Shown piece after piece: positions 1 through 13,010 of a stretch of DNA of 64,000 nt; within the stretch, counting starts at the first letter, position 1; each line of letters opens with the position of its first letter. The stretch lies in the NCBI RefSeq assembly GCF_006345805.1, contig NC_043014.1, positions 11,036,001 through 11,100,000 on the forward strand. Direction: 5' to 3'. Below the pieces are notes generated by a model. That model searched no databases. It had not been told where the DNA came from and saw nothing but the letters and a program-made list of their open reading frames with translations. Origin of the DNA: Octopus sinensis. Taxonomy: Eukaryota. A program made the translations under genes and the position numbers.

Positions 1-122
1 GTTTGTCCCTTGCGGGTAATAAAGAAATGGGTATATTCTAAAGACTACCGCATTGCGCATCTCACCCTTAATCACTACATAGCAGGTCAATGTGAAGCGA
101 ATGGGTATTTGTGTATATGACA

Positions 123-460
123 GGTGCATGGCTCAGTGGTTAGAGCGCTGGGCTCACAATAATGAAGTAGTGAGTTTGGTTCCTGGGCCAGGTTGTGCTG
201 TGTTCTTGAGCAATACACTTTATTTCACGTTGCTCCAGTTCACTCATCTGTAGAAATGCGTTGCAGTGTAATTGTTACCAAGCTGTATCGGCCCCTTTGC
301 CTTTCCCTTGGATAACATCAGTGGCATGGAAAAGGGAGGCTGGTATGCATGGGCGACTGCTGGTCTCCCATAAACAACCTTGCACAGACTTGTACCTTGG
401 AGAGTAACTTTCTACCTGCAGCCTTATGGTGATTCATGACCAAAAGGGGTCTTTACCTTT
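123..460 (+). mobile_element. Decayed tRNA-headed SINE (further family)
   Basis: GGTGCATGGCTCAGTGGTTAGAGC head followed by GTTCTTGAGCAA.ACACTT domain; related head at 56810-56975 (-). Confidence 0.5.
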
Positions 461-724
461 TATATGCAACAGATGCAGGCTTGGCTATCAGGGAGCACAG
501 CTGAAGCTGTCAGATAAGGCGGTGAGCTAGCAGAAATGTTAAAGCAACGGGTGAAATGCTTAGTGGTAGTTCATCTACCATTACGTTTTGAGTTCAAATC
601 TTACGGCAAAAACAAACGTAAAGCTGTTTACCAGACAAATACAGAGATCAATTTATTCGACTAACCACATCTTTCTAAATAACGGCTTTCGTTAAAAACG
701 AATATTATCACCCGAGCTGCTAAG

Positions 725-1110
725 GAAGGCGACGAACTGGCAGAGTCATTAGTCCGCCTTCACGTTCTGATCTCAAATTCCGCTGAGATCGACTTTGTCT
801 TTCATCCTTTCGGGGTCGATAAATTAAGTACCAGTTATGCACTGAGGGTTGATGTAATTGACTTAATCCCTTTGTCTGTCCTTATTTGATCTCTCTGTGT
901 TTAGGCCCTTGTAGGTAGTAAAGAAACAGGTATTTCCTCTGCCGCTACGTTCTGAGTTCAAATTCCGCTGAGATCGACTTTGCCTTTCATCCTTTCGGGG
1001 TCAATAAATTAAGTACCAGTTACGCACTGGGGTCGATATAATCGACTTAATCCGTTTGTCTGTCCTTGTTTGTCCCTTCAATGTTTAGCCCCTTCTGGGC
1101 AGTAAAGAAA
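725..1110 (+). mobile_element. tRNA-derived SINE with Meta-like central domain, head-to-tail dimer
   Basis: TTCTGAGTTCAAATTCC box, TTTCATCCTTTCGGGGTCGATAAATTAAGTACCAG central motif, tail GTAGTAAAGAAA, all twice. Domain name from memory. Confidence 0.7.
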
Positions 1111-1371
1111 TAAGAAGCTTGCCTCCTCGGGTCCAGTCCAACAACATGGCACTTTAACCATCCGCATACTGACCAAAGCCTTACAAGTGGATTGGGTACA
1201 TGGAAACTGAAAGAAGCCAGTCATGTTATGTGTGTGCGTGTGTATTACTGTCTTCTTGCCGTGACAACATGCGATGATTGTAAACTAATGTAATCATGCA
1301 AGCAATGTCCTTTCTTTCCAATCACCTGTGAAAACATGTCCGATCACAGGGAAATATCACCTCACTAGGTA

Positions 1372-1700
1372 CAGGAGTGGCTGTGTGTTAATTAGCTTGC
1401 TTACCAACTACACGGTTCCGGGTTCAGTACCACTGCGTGGCACCTTGAGCAAGTGTTTTCTACTATAGCCTCAGGCCGACCAAAGCCTTGTGAGGGATTT
1501 GGTAGGCGGAAACTGAAAGAAGCCCTCGTATATATATATGTATATATATAAATATGTGTGTGTGTTTGTCCCCCTAACATCGCTTGACAACCGATGCTGG
1601 TGTGTTGACGTCCCCGTAACTTAGCAGTTCGGCAAAAGATACCGATAGAATAAGTACTAGGTTTACAAAGAATAAGTTCTGGGGGCGATTTGCTTGACTA
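1372..1700 (+). mobile_element. tRNA-derived CORE-like SINE (probably the octopus OR2 family), 3' truncated
   Basis: Head GGAGTGGCTGTGTGGTAA..GGTTCAGTCCCAC, CORE-like ACCTTGGGCAAGTG, central (TA/TG)n. Family name from memory. Confidence 0.75.
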
Positions 1701-2989
1701 ATTTAGGTGTGTCATTCAAAAACCCTGCGGACTACGGTTTGCACATGACTGGTCTATTCAACACCTCACCAGCCGTATTCAGGTACTATTTAAGAAGAGT
1801 GGTCCCGGTGCGCGCACTCACGTATCCGAACTAGCTTAGTCGTGACTAGTCGATCCTTAATTTGTGTTTTTGTATTTTATTTACTTTATTTAGAAAAATT
1901 AGTTACTTTGCTTTAAAAAAATTATTTTGTGTGAAAAAAAAATATTTATTTAGTGTTTTATTTACTTTGCTAGGTAGTCGTCGTAGGATCGACTAGTCAC
2001 GACTAGCTAGCGTGGATGCGCGACTACGTATTCATCTCCTCGACCCTCCCATTCTGAGAAAATTCCTCAGAGACAACCTAAAAATATTTTCACAACAAGA
2101 CACGAAGAAACAAATAAACCGGAAAAAGAAGCAGTTACTTCCCTTCTATTTGCACTTTATTAATATTTATCACATGGCGAATCATTAAGGAAATGGAAAC
2201 AATACTAAACAACGTTATAATTGCCTCCAATATCTTAACCCCGAGGTCAATGTTTTCCCCAACCCTCCTTTGTATCATGCCGCACTGATTTAAAAATAAA
2301 ATGCGCCCTACAATGAAGGGAAATAGTATGTGTATGCGTGTTTTTATGTCCAGCTAGAAATGAAAACAATTTTATATTAAACTGAAGGTGTATTCAATAC
2401 TTTTTTTTATAGAGTACATATTATATATACTATTACATGCGTGATGATAGTGACTGCGAAGTTTCGGTTTGCTCGCCCTCATCGACTGCAGTTTGAAACT
2501 ATTAGGTCAGTCACCACTCTTTCTGTAACAGTATTTCACAAACACACACACACACATAAAGATTCAAAAGAGGATTTAATTAAAACTTTATTCGCTTATT
2601 CTCGCGCCTTATTCTTAGGTAACACTCTAGGTCAATTTTTCTCAAATTATCTGACGTGGAGTACCAGCAGTCCACCACCACCACTACCCCGCCCAATATG
2701 CGCGGAACCGGGCATTCAATTTATACCGGAAACAATATATATAATAATTGCAGCGTGGAAGGTGTTTGTAAGCCATTTAAGAAACACACAAAATGTTGAA
2801 GTCAATCTAACGGCTTTTGTGTGTTTCTTAAATGGCTTACAAACACCTTCCACGCTGCAATTGTTTTCGTTTCAGCACACGATCTCAGATCAAGTCACTT
2901 GCTATGCAAGTACATCTCCGTAATATATATAATGAATATAATAAAAGCTGACAATTTTTTGCTTTTTTTAATCTTATATTTATTTTGTA

Positions 2990-3205
2990 AACAAGTGGCC
3001 GATGCCAGTGCCGCCTAACTGGCTCCCGTGCCGGTGGCACATAAAAAGTACCCACTACACCCTCAGAATGGTTGGCATTAGGAAGGGCACCCAGCTGTAG
3101 AAACACTGCCAGATCAGACTGGAGCCTGGCTTGCCGGTCCCCAATCAAACCGTCCGTCCAACCCATGCCAGCATGGAGATCGGACATTAAACGATGATGA
3201 TGATG
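2990..3205 (+). mobile_element. SINE with GGTTGGCRTTAGGAAGGGCA central motif and RTE-like (GAT)n tail
   Basis: ccaacccatgccagcatgga..ggacattaaacgatgatgatgatg; a reverse copy lies at 22310-22465. Confidence 0.65.
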
Positions 3206-4094
3206 AAATAATACAATATTTCATAAGCATTTTATAATGTTTCTTTTCTGGAAACACGCCGCGTACCGGCAGCTGATGGCTCGCGGGCCGGCACCGGTCC
3301 GCGGACCACAGAGTAGCACTTCTCTAGATTACGTGCAAAAACTTTTACTTCAAGCGAAGGACCTCCTCCTTCGAAGTCTCTTATTATTTTCCATATACAA
3401 AGCAGACAGACAAGTCACACATTTTTCGACACTTCTAAATCAAAGAGACTTTTATGAAACGTCGCCTCTACTTAACATAAATATTCTGTTTACAATGAGA
3501 TCCGTGCTGATGCGAGTTAATCCCAATCCTTGGCTACTAACTCGAGTCAAAATAGTCGGAATGATAATAAACCAACACTACCATTTTCACCATGTAAATA
3601 TGCATGAGTTAAGTTTGAAAACTAACGATCGTTTAGCATAAAACTTTCATTCTTCAAAACTAGCAAATATCAACTTTCCCTTGTGGCCAACAACATAATC
3701 CTTACTTCTTTTTTTTTTTTTTTCTCTTTTCGATTCTGACAGAAGTCATGAAAAATGCCGGTGAAAAGCAATTAGTAATTTTCAAAAAAAGTAAAGCGCA
3801 AACCTGTACGTATCGCGGGCAAAGTGCAACTCGCGGGACTTTCTGAAATGCACATCCACCGAAAAAAATCCACAAGCTTTTTTTGGGGTGGGAGGAGTAT
3901 TTTTACAGTGCGGCTTGCATGACGATAGTGCCTGCTCTAACCAGGCGCCATAACTGCTAGAAATAGCAGCCAAATTCTCCTAAATCGCTCACAAGCAACA
4001 ACACTCTTAAATAATTGTGGATAATGTAGTCCTAGGTATGCAAAAACTTAGTCGGCGACAGCATCAAGTTATCACCATCGGAGACACGACACGG

Positions 4095-5561
4095 GGTATT
4101 CTTTCGATATAACTCGACAAAATCAAAACATTTCACTTTGGGTATTTCCGTGGAAGCAAATGACAGTTCGATTCTGTTTTCTGCTGGGAAATTTGCGGAT
4201 TTTACCTACACACCTGAAACAGGTCAGAACAAATATGCAAGGCTTATTAAGTACCAGTTACGCACTGGGGTCGATGTAATCGACTTAATCCGTTTGTCTG
4301 TCCTTGTTTGTCCCCTCTATGTTTAGCCCCTTGTGGGCAGTAAAGCAATATATGCAAGGCTTTTTTCCTTCAAATTTAAAACGGGACATTTGCTGGCATA
4401 ATTTCGTTATATCTATACCCCACAACCCATGGAAATACCCGAAGCGAAATGTTTTGATTTTGTCGAGTTATATCGAAGGAATGCCATTCTTTGTAAGCCT
4501 AGTACTTATGCCGAACCGCCAAGTTACGGGGACGTAAACACACCAACATCGGTTGTCAACAATGTGAGTACAGAGAGATCTTGGGAAAACGATGACTATC
4601 AGGTGTTTGTATTTTGTTTAAATCGACCACACGACATTTGTACTTAGCTTTGCATGCCGCAGTTATATTTCGTTAACAGGCGTGGCTTTGTGGTAAGAAG
4701 CTTGCTTCTTTCTCAACCACATGGTTCCGGGTTCAGTCCCACTACGTGGCGGCACCTTGGAAAAGTGTCTTTCTTCATAGTTCCGGATCGACTAATGAGT
4801 AGATTTGGTAAGCGGAAACTGTATGGCATTCCTTCGATATAACTCGACAAAATCAAAACAATTCACTTCGGGTATTTCCGTGGGTTGTGGTGTATAGATA
4901 GCTATAACGAAATTATGCCAGCAAGGCGATCTTTCGTCTCTAGTAGACCTTTCCGTCGATTTCCGTAAATTTTTTTTTTTTTTTACATATGGGCTTGCGG
5001 GAACTTTTGAAGTAATATACATACATATACACATACACCGAATAAAAAATTTCAGTTATCTCTTTCTTTCACACATTACTCTGTCTCTTCACACACACTA
5101 ACAGAAGCACTTCACTTACACAACATACTTTCTGTCACGCACACCCCATCAAACACACACACACACACACACATGTACATCAATGCTTGCCATGCACGGT
5201 AACTTCAAAAGAACTTCCCTCGTCATACAATCGCTTTCTCTTAGTCTCTTTCGCTCTCATTACTTCAAAAGTTCCCGCAAGCCCATATGTAAAAAAAAAA
5301 AAATTTTTACGGAAATCGACGGAAAGGTCTACTAGAGACGAAAGATTGCCTAAAAGGCGAGAGACGAAAGATTGCCTAAAAGGCGAGAGACGAAAGATTG
5401 CCTAAAAGGCGAGAGACGAAATTTGTTCTTACCCGTTTCAGGTGTGTATGTAAAATCCGCAAATTTCCAAACAGGAAACAGAATCGAACTGTCATTTGCT
5501 TCCGCGGAAATACCCCGAAGTGAAATGTTTTGATTTTGTCGAGTTATATCGAAAGAATGCC
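4095..5561. mobile_element. Two inverted copies of a GGCATTCYTTCGATATAACTCGAC-TIR MITE (4095-4485, 4825-5561) with nested inserts
   Basis: Four copies of the ~50-bp TIR in alternating orientation. The first copy holds a SINE piece flanked by ATATGCAAGGCTT; the second holds the 4925-5350 MITE. Confidence 0.7.
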
Positions 5562-5596
5562 GATAGCTTTGCATGCCGCAGTTATATTTCGTAAAC

Positions 5597-5935
5597 AGGC
5601 GCGGCTTTATGGAAGATAAGGAGCTTGCTTCTTCTCAACCACACGGTTCCGGGTTCAGTCTCACTACGTGGCGGCACCTTGGAAAAGTGTCTTTCAACAT
5701 AGTTCCGGATCGACAAGTAAGTGGATTCGGTAAACGGAAACTATGGAAAGTCCATAGCATGTGTTCGTGTGTGCGAGCGCTTATCTCCCATCTCCGCTTG
5801 ACAATCGGTGTTCTAGTTTGTTTACGAATCCGTAACATAGCGGTTCGACAAAACAGGTCGATAAAATAAGTACCAGAGTCGCTCTTCAAGGCGGTGCCCC
5901 AGCATGACCGCAGTCCAATCACAGAAACTAATAAA
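5597..5935 (+). mobile_element. CORE-like SINE, decayed
   Basis: Same head, body and tail motifs. Confidence 0.65.
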
Positions 5936-5979
5936 AGATAAGCGATAACATCACTTCCTCACACTATCGCTCATCATTT

Positions 5980-6350
5980 ACTTGTTTCAGTCATTAGACT
6001 GCGGCCATGCTAGGGCACTCGCCCTGAAGAATCTTAGTAGAATGAATCAACTCCAGTACTTAAATTTCTTTTCAAGCCTAGTATTTTGTCCATCGGTCTC
6101 TTACCGAACCAGTAAGTCACAGGGACGTAAACATACCAACACCGGTTGTCAAGCGGTGATAGGGAACAAACAAAGACACACACACACGCTGGACTTCTTT
6201 CAGTTTCCGCCTACCAAATCTACTCAACGCTTTAGTCAGCCTGAGGCTATAGTGGAAGACACTTGCCCAAGGTGCCACGCAGTGGGACTGAACTCTGGAC
6301 CATGTTGTTAGGAAGTAAACTTCTTACCATACAGTCACGTCTGTGCCTAT
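5980..6350 (-). mobile_element. CORE-like SINE
   Basis: ttacttgtttcagtcatt..gccatgct..ccaaggtgccacgcagtgggactgaac. Confidence 0.7.
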
Positions 6351-6811
6351 GTATATTTTTATTTCTGTAGTTGGTTTTCTACTTCTTTTTCCTGCTAGTT
6401 TTCTAAAGAAGACGAGGTTTTGTTTACCTAAACACCCACTTTCGAACAAGGAAGTGAATTTAAATTGGCAAAATCGTCGAATCAAGAAACACACATTACC
6501 AGATTAGCATAGATAGATACACTCTAAGGTTAATGTCAAATAACTGACGAATTCGAACAGAGCAAGGCTTATCTTCTGAGGAAGAGAGGAATTTACCAGG
6601 AGGCCGAGTAAATTCGTTTCCATTAGATCACAGACACACACGTGTGTGTGTTTGTGTGTGTATGGAAAGTGAGTTAGGGTGAGGTTTAGAAATACCTACA
6701 CACAGACATAAACAAGAACCACATACATATATGTAGGAGAAAAAAAGCAATATTTAAAGCCTGCCATAAACAGATACCACACAGATAGGCTAAGATATAC
6801 AGAGCAACTAC

Positions 6812-6865
<54 letters not shown>

Positions 6866-6884
6866 GTGTATGTATTTTACTCTT

Positions 6885-7272
6885 TTACTTGTTTCAGTCA
6901 TTTGACTGCGGCCATGCTGGAGCACCGCCTTTAGTCGAGCAAATCGACCCCGGGACTTGTTCTTTTGTAAGCACAGTACTTATTCTATCGGTCTCTTTTG
7001 CCGAACCGCTAAGTAACGGGGACATAAACACACCAGCATCGGTTGTCAAGCAATGCTAGGGAGACAAACACAGACACACACGCATATATATATATATATA
7101 CATATATACGACAGGCTTCTTTCAGTTTCCGTCTACCAAATCCACTCACAAGGCATTGGTCGGCCCGAGGCTTATAGCAGAAGACACTTGCCCAATATGC
7201 CACGCAGTGGGACTGAACCCGGAACCATGTGGTTGGTAGGCAAGCTACTTACCACACAGCCACTCCTGCGCC
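6885..7272 (-). mobile_element. CORE-like SINE, full length
   Basis: Complete tail-to-head match. Confidence 0.8.
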
Positions 7273-8404
7273 TATATATGTATAATATGTAGTATAAAAG
7301 AAGGCGATATTACAGACACACAAACAGAAATCGCATCTATGGTGTGTAGTGTATGAGAAAGCAATATTTGCAAACATCGAGGAAGAGGAGGAGGTGGAGG
7401 TGGATGAAGGGGAGGAGATGGAAGCGCAATTATATTTCTGAAGCGCAATAGGATTGTTGTTATGGCAGAGTGGCTTTATTAAAGGATGAGGGGGGGGGGG
7501 TGAGAGCCGAGCAGATTATATGAAGCGAGGCAGAAGGCGATGACTGGAGGGAGAGAAAAAAAATATATAAGGGAGAAGTAGAATGAGAGAATGATTCATT
7601 TTTTCTGGAAGTGAATGTGTGTGTGTGTGTGTGTGTGTGTGGAGGAGAGAGAGAGGGAGGGAGGGAGAGGGAGGGAGCCGTTTGATATCAAACGAGGGAA
7701 CATAGAGGGAAATAGAATGGGAATTAGAGCCACAGAGGTGAAGGAAAAAAAAAGAGGGAGAAATATAGGAGAGAGAGAGAAAAGGCGCTAATGTAATGAT
7801 GAATAAAGAAAAAGGATCATCGATCTAATGAAAGAGAGAGAGAGAGTGGGAGTATAATGTGCATGCAAGACGGAGGAAGCGAAGAGACAGACAGAAGTAT
7901 TAATGAAGGAGAGAGAGAGAAAGAGAGAGGATGAATGAGTGACAGAAGAGAGATAGGATGAGAGTAAGAAGAGAATACTGTAGAGGGAGGAAGATAGTGT
8001 AAGAGATAGATGGATTGATAGCGGGAAAGAAAAATAGTAATCGAAGGAATTAGGAAAGATATATATAAGGCTGAGAAAGAGAAAGATGTGGTACAAGAAA
8101 AGAAGGAAAAAAAAAAAAAAAAGAAGAGGGAATTTCGAAGGAAGCTTAAGCTCCTTTGAAGATCGATGTGCGCGTGTGTAGAAGGTAATGAGTAATAAAT
8201 GAATGTTTGTGTTTTAGGTCAGGTATAAGGGAAAGATAAGCAATAAGTTGGAAAGAGAATCCAATCTTGCAGAAAGGTGAAAGAAAAGTTGTGGGGAAAT
8301 AAAAGAAGTAAGAGAGGAAGAAAGAGATTAAGCACCAAATGGTTCGGAATAAGAGATTTAATTAAACTAGACTACTTCGTAATTTTGAGTTACCATTGTA
8401 TATA

Positions 8405-8949
8405 TTTCTTTACTACCTACCCACAAGGGGCTAAACACAGAGGGGACAAACAAGGACAGACAAAGGGATTAAGTCGATTACATCGACCCCCCCCCCCCAG
8501 TGCGTAACTGGTACTTAATTTATCGACCCCCGAAAGGATGAAAGGCAAAGTCGACCTCGGCGGAATTTGAACACAGAACGTAGCGGCAGAGGAAATACCT
8601 ATTTCTTTACTACCCACAAGGGGCTAAACACAGAGGGGACAAACAAGGACAGACAAAGGGATTAAGTCGATTACATCGACCCCAGTGCGTAACTGGTACT
8701 TAATTTATCGACCCCGAAAGGATGAAAGGTAAAGTCGACCTCGGCGGAATTTGAACTCAGAACGTAACGGCATACGAAATACCTATTTCTATTTCTTTAC
8801 TACCCATAAGGGGCTAAACACAGAGGGGACGAACAAGGACAGACAAAGGGATTATTAAGTCGATTACATCGACCCCCAGTGCGTAACTGGTACTTAATTT
8901 ATCGACACCCGAAGGGATGAACGGCAAAGTCGACCTCGGCGGAATTTGA
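8405..8949 (-). mobile_element. Meta-like SINE trimer flanked by an 18-bp TSD
   Basis: Three ~190-bp units; GAGTTACCAT(T/C)GTATATA at 8387-8404 and 8950-8967. Confidence 0.8.
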
Positions 8950-8974
8950 GAGTTACCATCGTATATAGATGACG

Positions 8975-9340
8975 ATAGAGCGGATTTAAAATGTGATGGT
9001 ATGATGGTACTGAGTGGTCGCGGAATGTATGGGGAGGGGTAGACGGTGGTTGTATATATTCAAAGGGTTTATAGAAAATTTAAAAAAAAAAAACTGAAAA
9101 ACCTAGAAAGAAAAATAACCATTCTCCACTCCACTCCTGCCGAACCAGAGGAAGGATAGAGCGGATTTAAAATGTGATGGTATGATGGTACCGAGTGGTC
9201 GCGGAATGTATTGGGGTAAGTAGTGGTTGTATATATTCAAAGTGTTTATAGAAAATTTAAAATAAAAAAAAAACTGAAAAACCTAGAAAGAAAAATAACC
9301 ATTCTCCCCTCCACTCCACTCCTGCCGAACCAGACGAAGG
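8975..9340. repeat. Tandem duplication of a ~180-bp unique segment
   Basis: GATAGAGCGGATTTAAAATGTGATGG...CTCCTGCCGAACCAGA twice. Confidence 0.85.
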
Positions 9341-10025
9341 ATCCTACAGCGCGGACGCACACAACTTCATAAGCAAAACAGGTTAGGCATTAGAAGTAGA
9401 ATCGGTTTTTTGATAAAGCTAATAATACGCCAAGCGAAAGATAGAATCTCCTCCAAGACCTAAAAGGTAAAAATGGATCCGAGCGGGATCGAAATCCGAA
9501 ATCGTGGACGGAAAACAAAATAGCTGTGAGCATTTTAGACCGGCACTCCATTTTCTCCGCCATTTCAAATTTTTTTCTCTATAATTCTTGTTAAACTACT
9601 TTTTTAATATTATTTCATAGAAGTTAAAAATTATATATATATATCCATAGATAAATATAAATATGAATATGTGAATAGAGTCGTCTGAGTAACTACTATG
9701 TATATAAAATGATTCGTGTGTGACATTACGAACGTACATAATTTCAAGTTCTACTTTTTTTAGTTCGAGATATGAAGACTCGTCGAAGCCCAGTGTCCAG
9801 TTATGTGAATGAAATTAAGCGATAATTAAGAATCAGATATCTAAAATTAGAACTGCAAACAGATCGATAGGGAAAATAAAGTCTCTGGCATTGTCCATGC
9901 CTTCTTACTGCTAAAACTGAAATAATTCTCATAGAAAAATATTAAGTCAACCAACACAACTTTCTCCCATATCCGCTTGTAACATCAATACCATGTATCG
10001 ATGCGCAAGAACACGTATATATGTC

Positions 10026-10056
<31 letters not shown>

Positions 10057-11429
10057 CACATATATATACTGTTCTGTATAGCCATACATGTATATACACG
10101 CACATATTCACTTATTCTAGGTACAATGAATGCAGAATGTTGTAAAAAAAAGTTAGGAAACGAAAGAAAATGTTAAATCAGCGACCATTCAAATATAAAT
10201 TGGAACACGCGTACGAAATAATAGACAGGCTATAGATTTTTTTTTTTCTTTCTGGGTAACCCCAAAAAAACGAAAACTTACCTCCCAAGCATTGTAAAAT
10301 TTCTTCATACGTCTGAAAAAAGCATCTTTATCCACTTTGAGGTTAGCCATTATTTAAGCTGGTGTTATTTTTCCAAAGCAGATAGAGAGAAAAAAAAAAC
10401 TTCAAAGAGGTTTAAGTAAGATATATACAGGAAAAAAAAGGCGACGGGGGCAAAAAAGCAGGGCAGCAGGCAGTGAACTGCCGCACAAGGGGGGAAAATG
10501 GCGCGAGTTTACTCTGCTCACGCCTGATTGTGTTGTTTAGTTCTCTATCTCACAACACAGGAGAGTTCTCTTCCTGTTCCTTCTTGTCCCCAATGCCAAC
10601 CACATTTTTTTTTTGCTTTCTTTCTTTTATTTCATCATTTTATCACTTTTTTATCTCCTAAGTTGTGAAATGAAGTACATTAGACTCGGAACAATTGTTA
10701 ATTTAACTTTAAAACACAGTTGTTATAAAATTTTCCTTGTTTCTTATTAAGTTTTTGTAAGGCGGCAAGCCAACAAAATCGTTACCGCGCCGCACAAAAT
10801 TGCTCAGCGGCATCGCTTCCGGTTCTTTACATTCTGAGTTCAAATGCAGCCGAGGTCGGCTATGCCTTTCATCCCTTCAGGGGTCGATAAAACGAATACC
10901 AGTTGAGTTCTGAGATCGATATAATCGATTTTACCACTTCCCAGAATTGCTTTATCTTGTCCCAAAACAAGAAACAAATACAGGGTACATAAATATGTGT
11001 CTGACCCCTGTAACACTTTGACGATGTTGATATTGCAATGTAGGGGCTGATGGTCCTTCTTTTATTTCAAACACCCACGACCCAAGGGAACCAGTGCGGA
11101 ATGGATTCCACCTTCCGTGACGGGTCGAGTCGCAGGCGAGTCATTTTCAAAATGGCCGCCATACCACGTGAATCGTCAACACAATAAAATACGGGAGAGG
11201 TGCTGTGTCCCCCTCTCTCTATCTATCTTTCTTCCTTTCTCCCTCTCTCTCTCATTCTCTCTATTATCTCCTTATCTATCTGTCTCTCTCTATGTCTCTT
11301 GTCCTCTTTCTCTTTCTGTCAGTTTAAACTTTCGTTTATTTTTTCCTCTCAATGTACACAATTACACGCGCGCGCTTTTATATACATACAACACTAAACA
11401 GATATATCTATTTATGTAGGTATTTATAT

Positions 11430-11710
11430 ATATAGTGTATATTATATATAGTGTATATATATATATAGTGTGTATATATATGTGTTTATGTATCTATGTG
11501 TGTGTGTGTGTATGTATATATATATATATGTGTGTGTATATATATATATGTGTGTGTGTGTATATATATATATATGTGTGTGTATATATATATGTGTGTG
11601 TGTATATATATATATGTGTGTATGTATATATATATGTATGTGTGTATGTATATATATATATATGTATGTGTGTATGTATATATATATATGTGTGTGTAAT
11701 ATATATATAT
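11430..11710. repeat. (TA)n/(TG)n compound microsatellite
   Basis: Direct reading. Confidence 0.9.
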
Positions 11711-11830
11711 CGTTTAATTTTGATTTCCGAAAAGAGTATTCAATGCCAGAGTAGTAATTAATAGTATATGTTATTTTGGGTCGAGTTAGTCGCTACTCTG
11801 AGTTTCACAATTAAACGTATAACTTTATAT

Positions 11831-11882
<52 letters not shown>

Positions 11883-12399
11883 CATACATATTCACACATG
11901 TTTATTGTATAACACACTCCGGCCTAATTATCTCATTAGCCTTCCTCATTCTCTCTCTCTCTCTCTCTCTCTCTGTAGACCCACAAAAAAGAGACAAGTC
12001 TTCTGTGATCAGTAAAAAAAAAAAACCATGTTTAGATTTACGATTTCACAACTCTAGTATCTCTCAGAGAGAAGCACGAATGTCACACAATGTCATTCTT
12101 CGTCTGCTCCTTTTTACTTTTAGCTTATATAACAAAAATCTTTCACTTCCTCTCTTTTAATTCCCTAATTCTTTCTCTCTATCTCTCTCAGACTCCACGA
12201 CTTCAACATTCATTCTTACACATTCTTCTACATACATCTACCATTTTCCTCTTTATTTTAGTTTCCTCTTTCCATCCCAGTTTCTTTTCCTCTCTTCACG
12301 TATCATCCATCCTCTTCGCTATTCCATATTTAATACTTTCCCTTCCTCGTTTTCTTCTATTCGCTCTCATTTTCTCCCGCCTTTTCTCTGCCATCAAAC

Positions 12400-13010
12400 G
12401 CTTCCTATCTCCGTCTCTCTCTCTCTCTCTTTCTTTCATTCTTTCAACTCTGATATTTTCGTTTTGATGCAAACACCTCTCTCTCTCTTCCCCCTCCCGC
12501 TCTCTTTCTCTCCCTATCTGCTTTCCACTCTCTCTTTCTCCCTTTGTTTCCCCTTCTCTCTCCCTCTCTCTTTCTTTCTGCCTTTCTCAGTCTTTGTCTC
12601 TCATTTTCTTCGTCGCTAACTCCCGTTCTCTCTCTTTCCCTCTCCTTCCTCTCTTTCACTAACTTGTTTTCGTTCTCGTTCTCTCTATCTCTCTGCATGT
12701 CTCTCTCTCTCTCTGTATACCTCTCTCTCAGTATCCTCTCTTCTCTATCCTCTCTTCTCTCTCTCTCTGTATACTCTCTCTCTCTCTATCCTCTCTCTCT
12801 CTCTATCCTCTCTTCTCTCTCTATCCTCTCTTCTCTCTCTCTGTATACCTCTCTCTCTCCCTATCCTCTCTTCTCTCTATATATCCTCTCTTCTCTCTCT
12901 ATCCTATCTTCTCTCTCTATCCTCTCTCTCTCTATCTATCCTCTCTTCTCTCTCTCTCCATCTTCTCTCTATCTCTCTCTCTATCCTCTCTCTCTGTATC
13001 ACTTTAACTT
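12400..13010. repeat. Polypyrimidine (CT)n / CTCTATCCTCT degenerate repeat
   Basis: Direct reading. Similar purine/pyrimidine tracts at 7480-8130, 32000-32330 and 33950-34450 (GATA/GA). Confidence 0.85.

Noticed and set aside
2441-2923. 160-aa ORF; also a GTGATGA C-box and a minus-strand GATGAG..GAAAC..GTC hammerhead-like string
   Set aside because: The ORF crosses a (CA)n tract and the hairpin. No CTGA D-box follows at a suitable distance. The hammerhead-like string lacks C3U4 and a contiguous stem I.
3237-3641. 134-aa ORF in a CpG-rich patch
   Set aside because: The CpG-rich start (3240-3322) resembles a hAT-type subterminal repeat (GGTCCGCGGACCGG); the protein has no recognisable motif or splice context.
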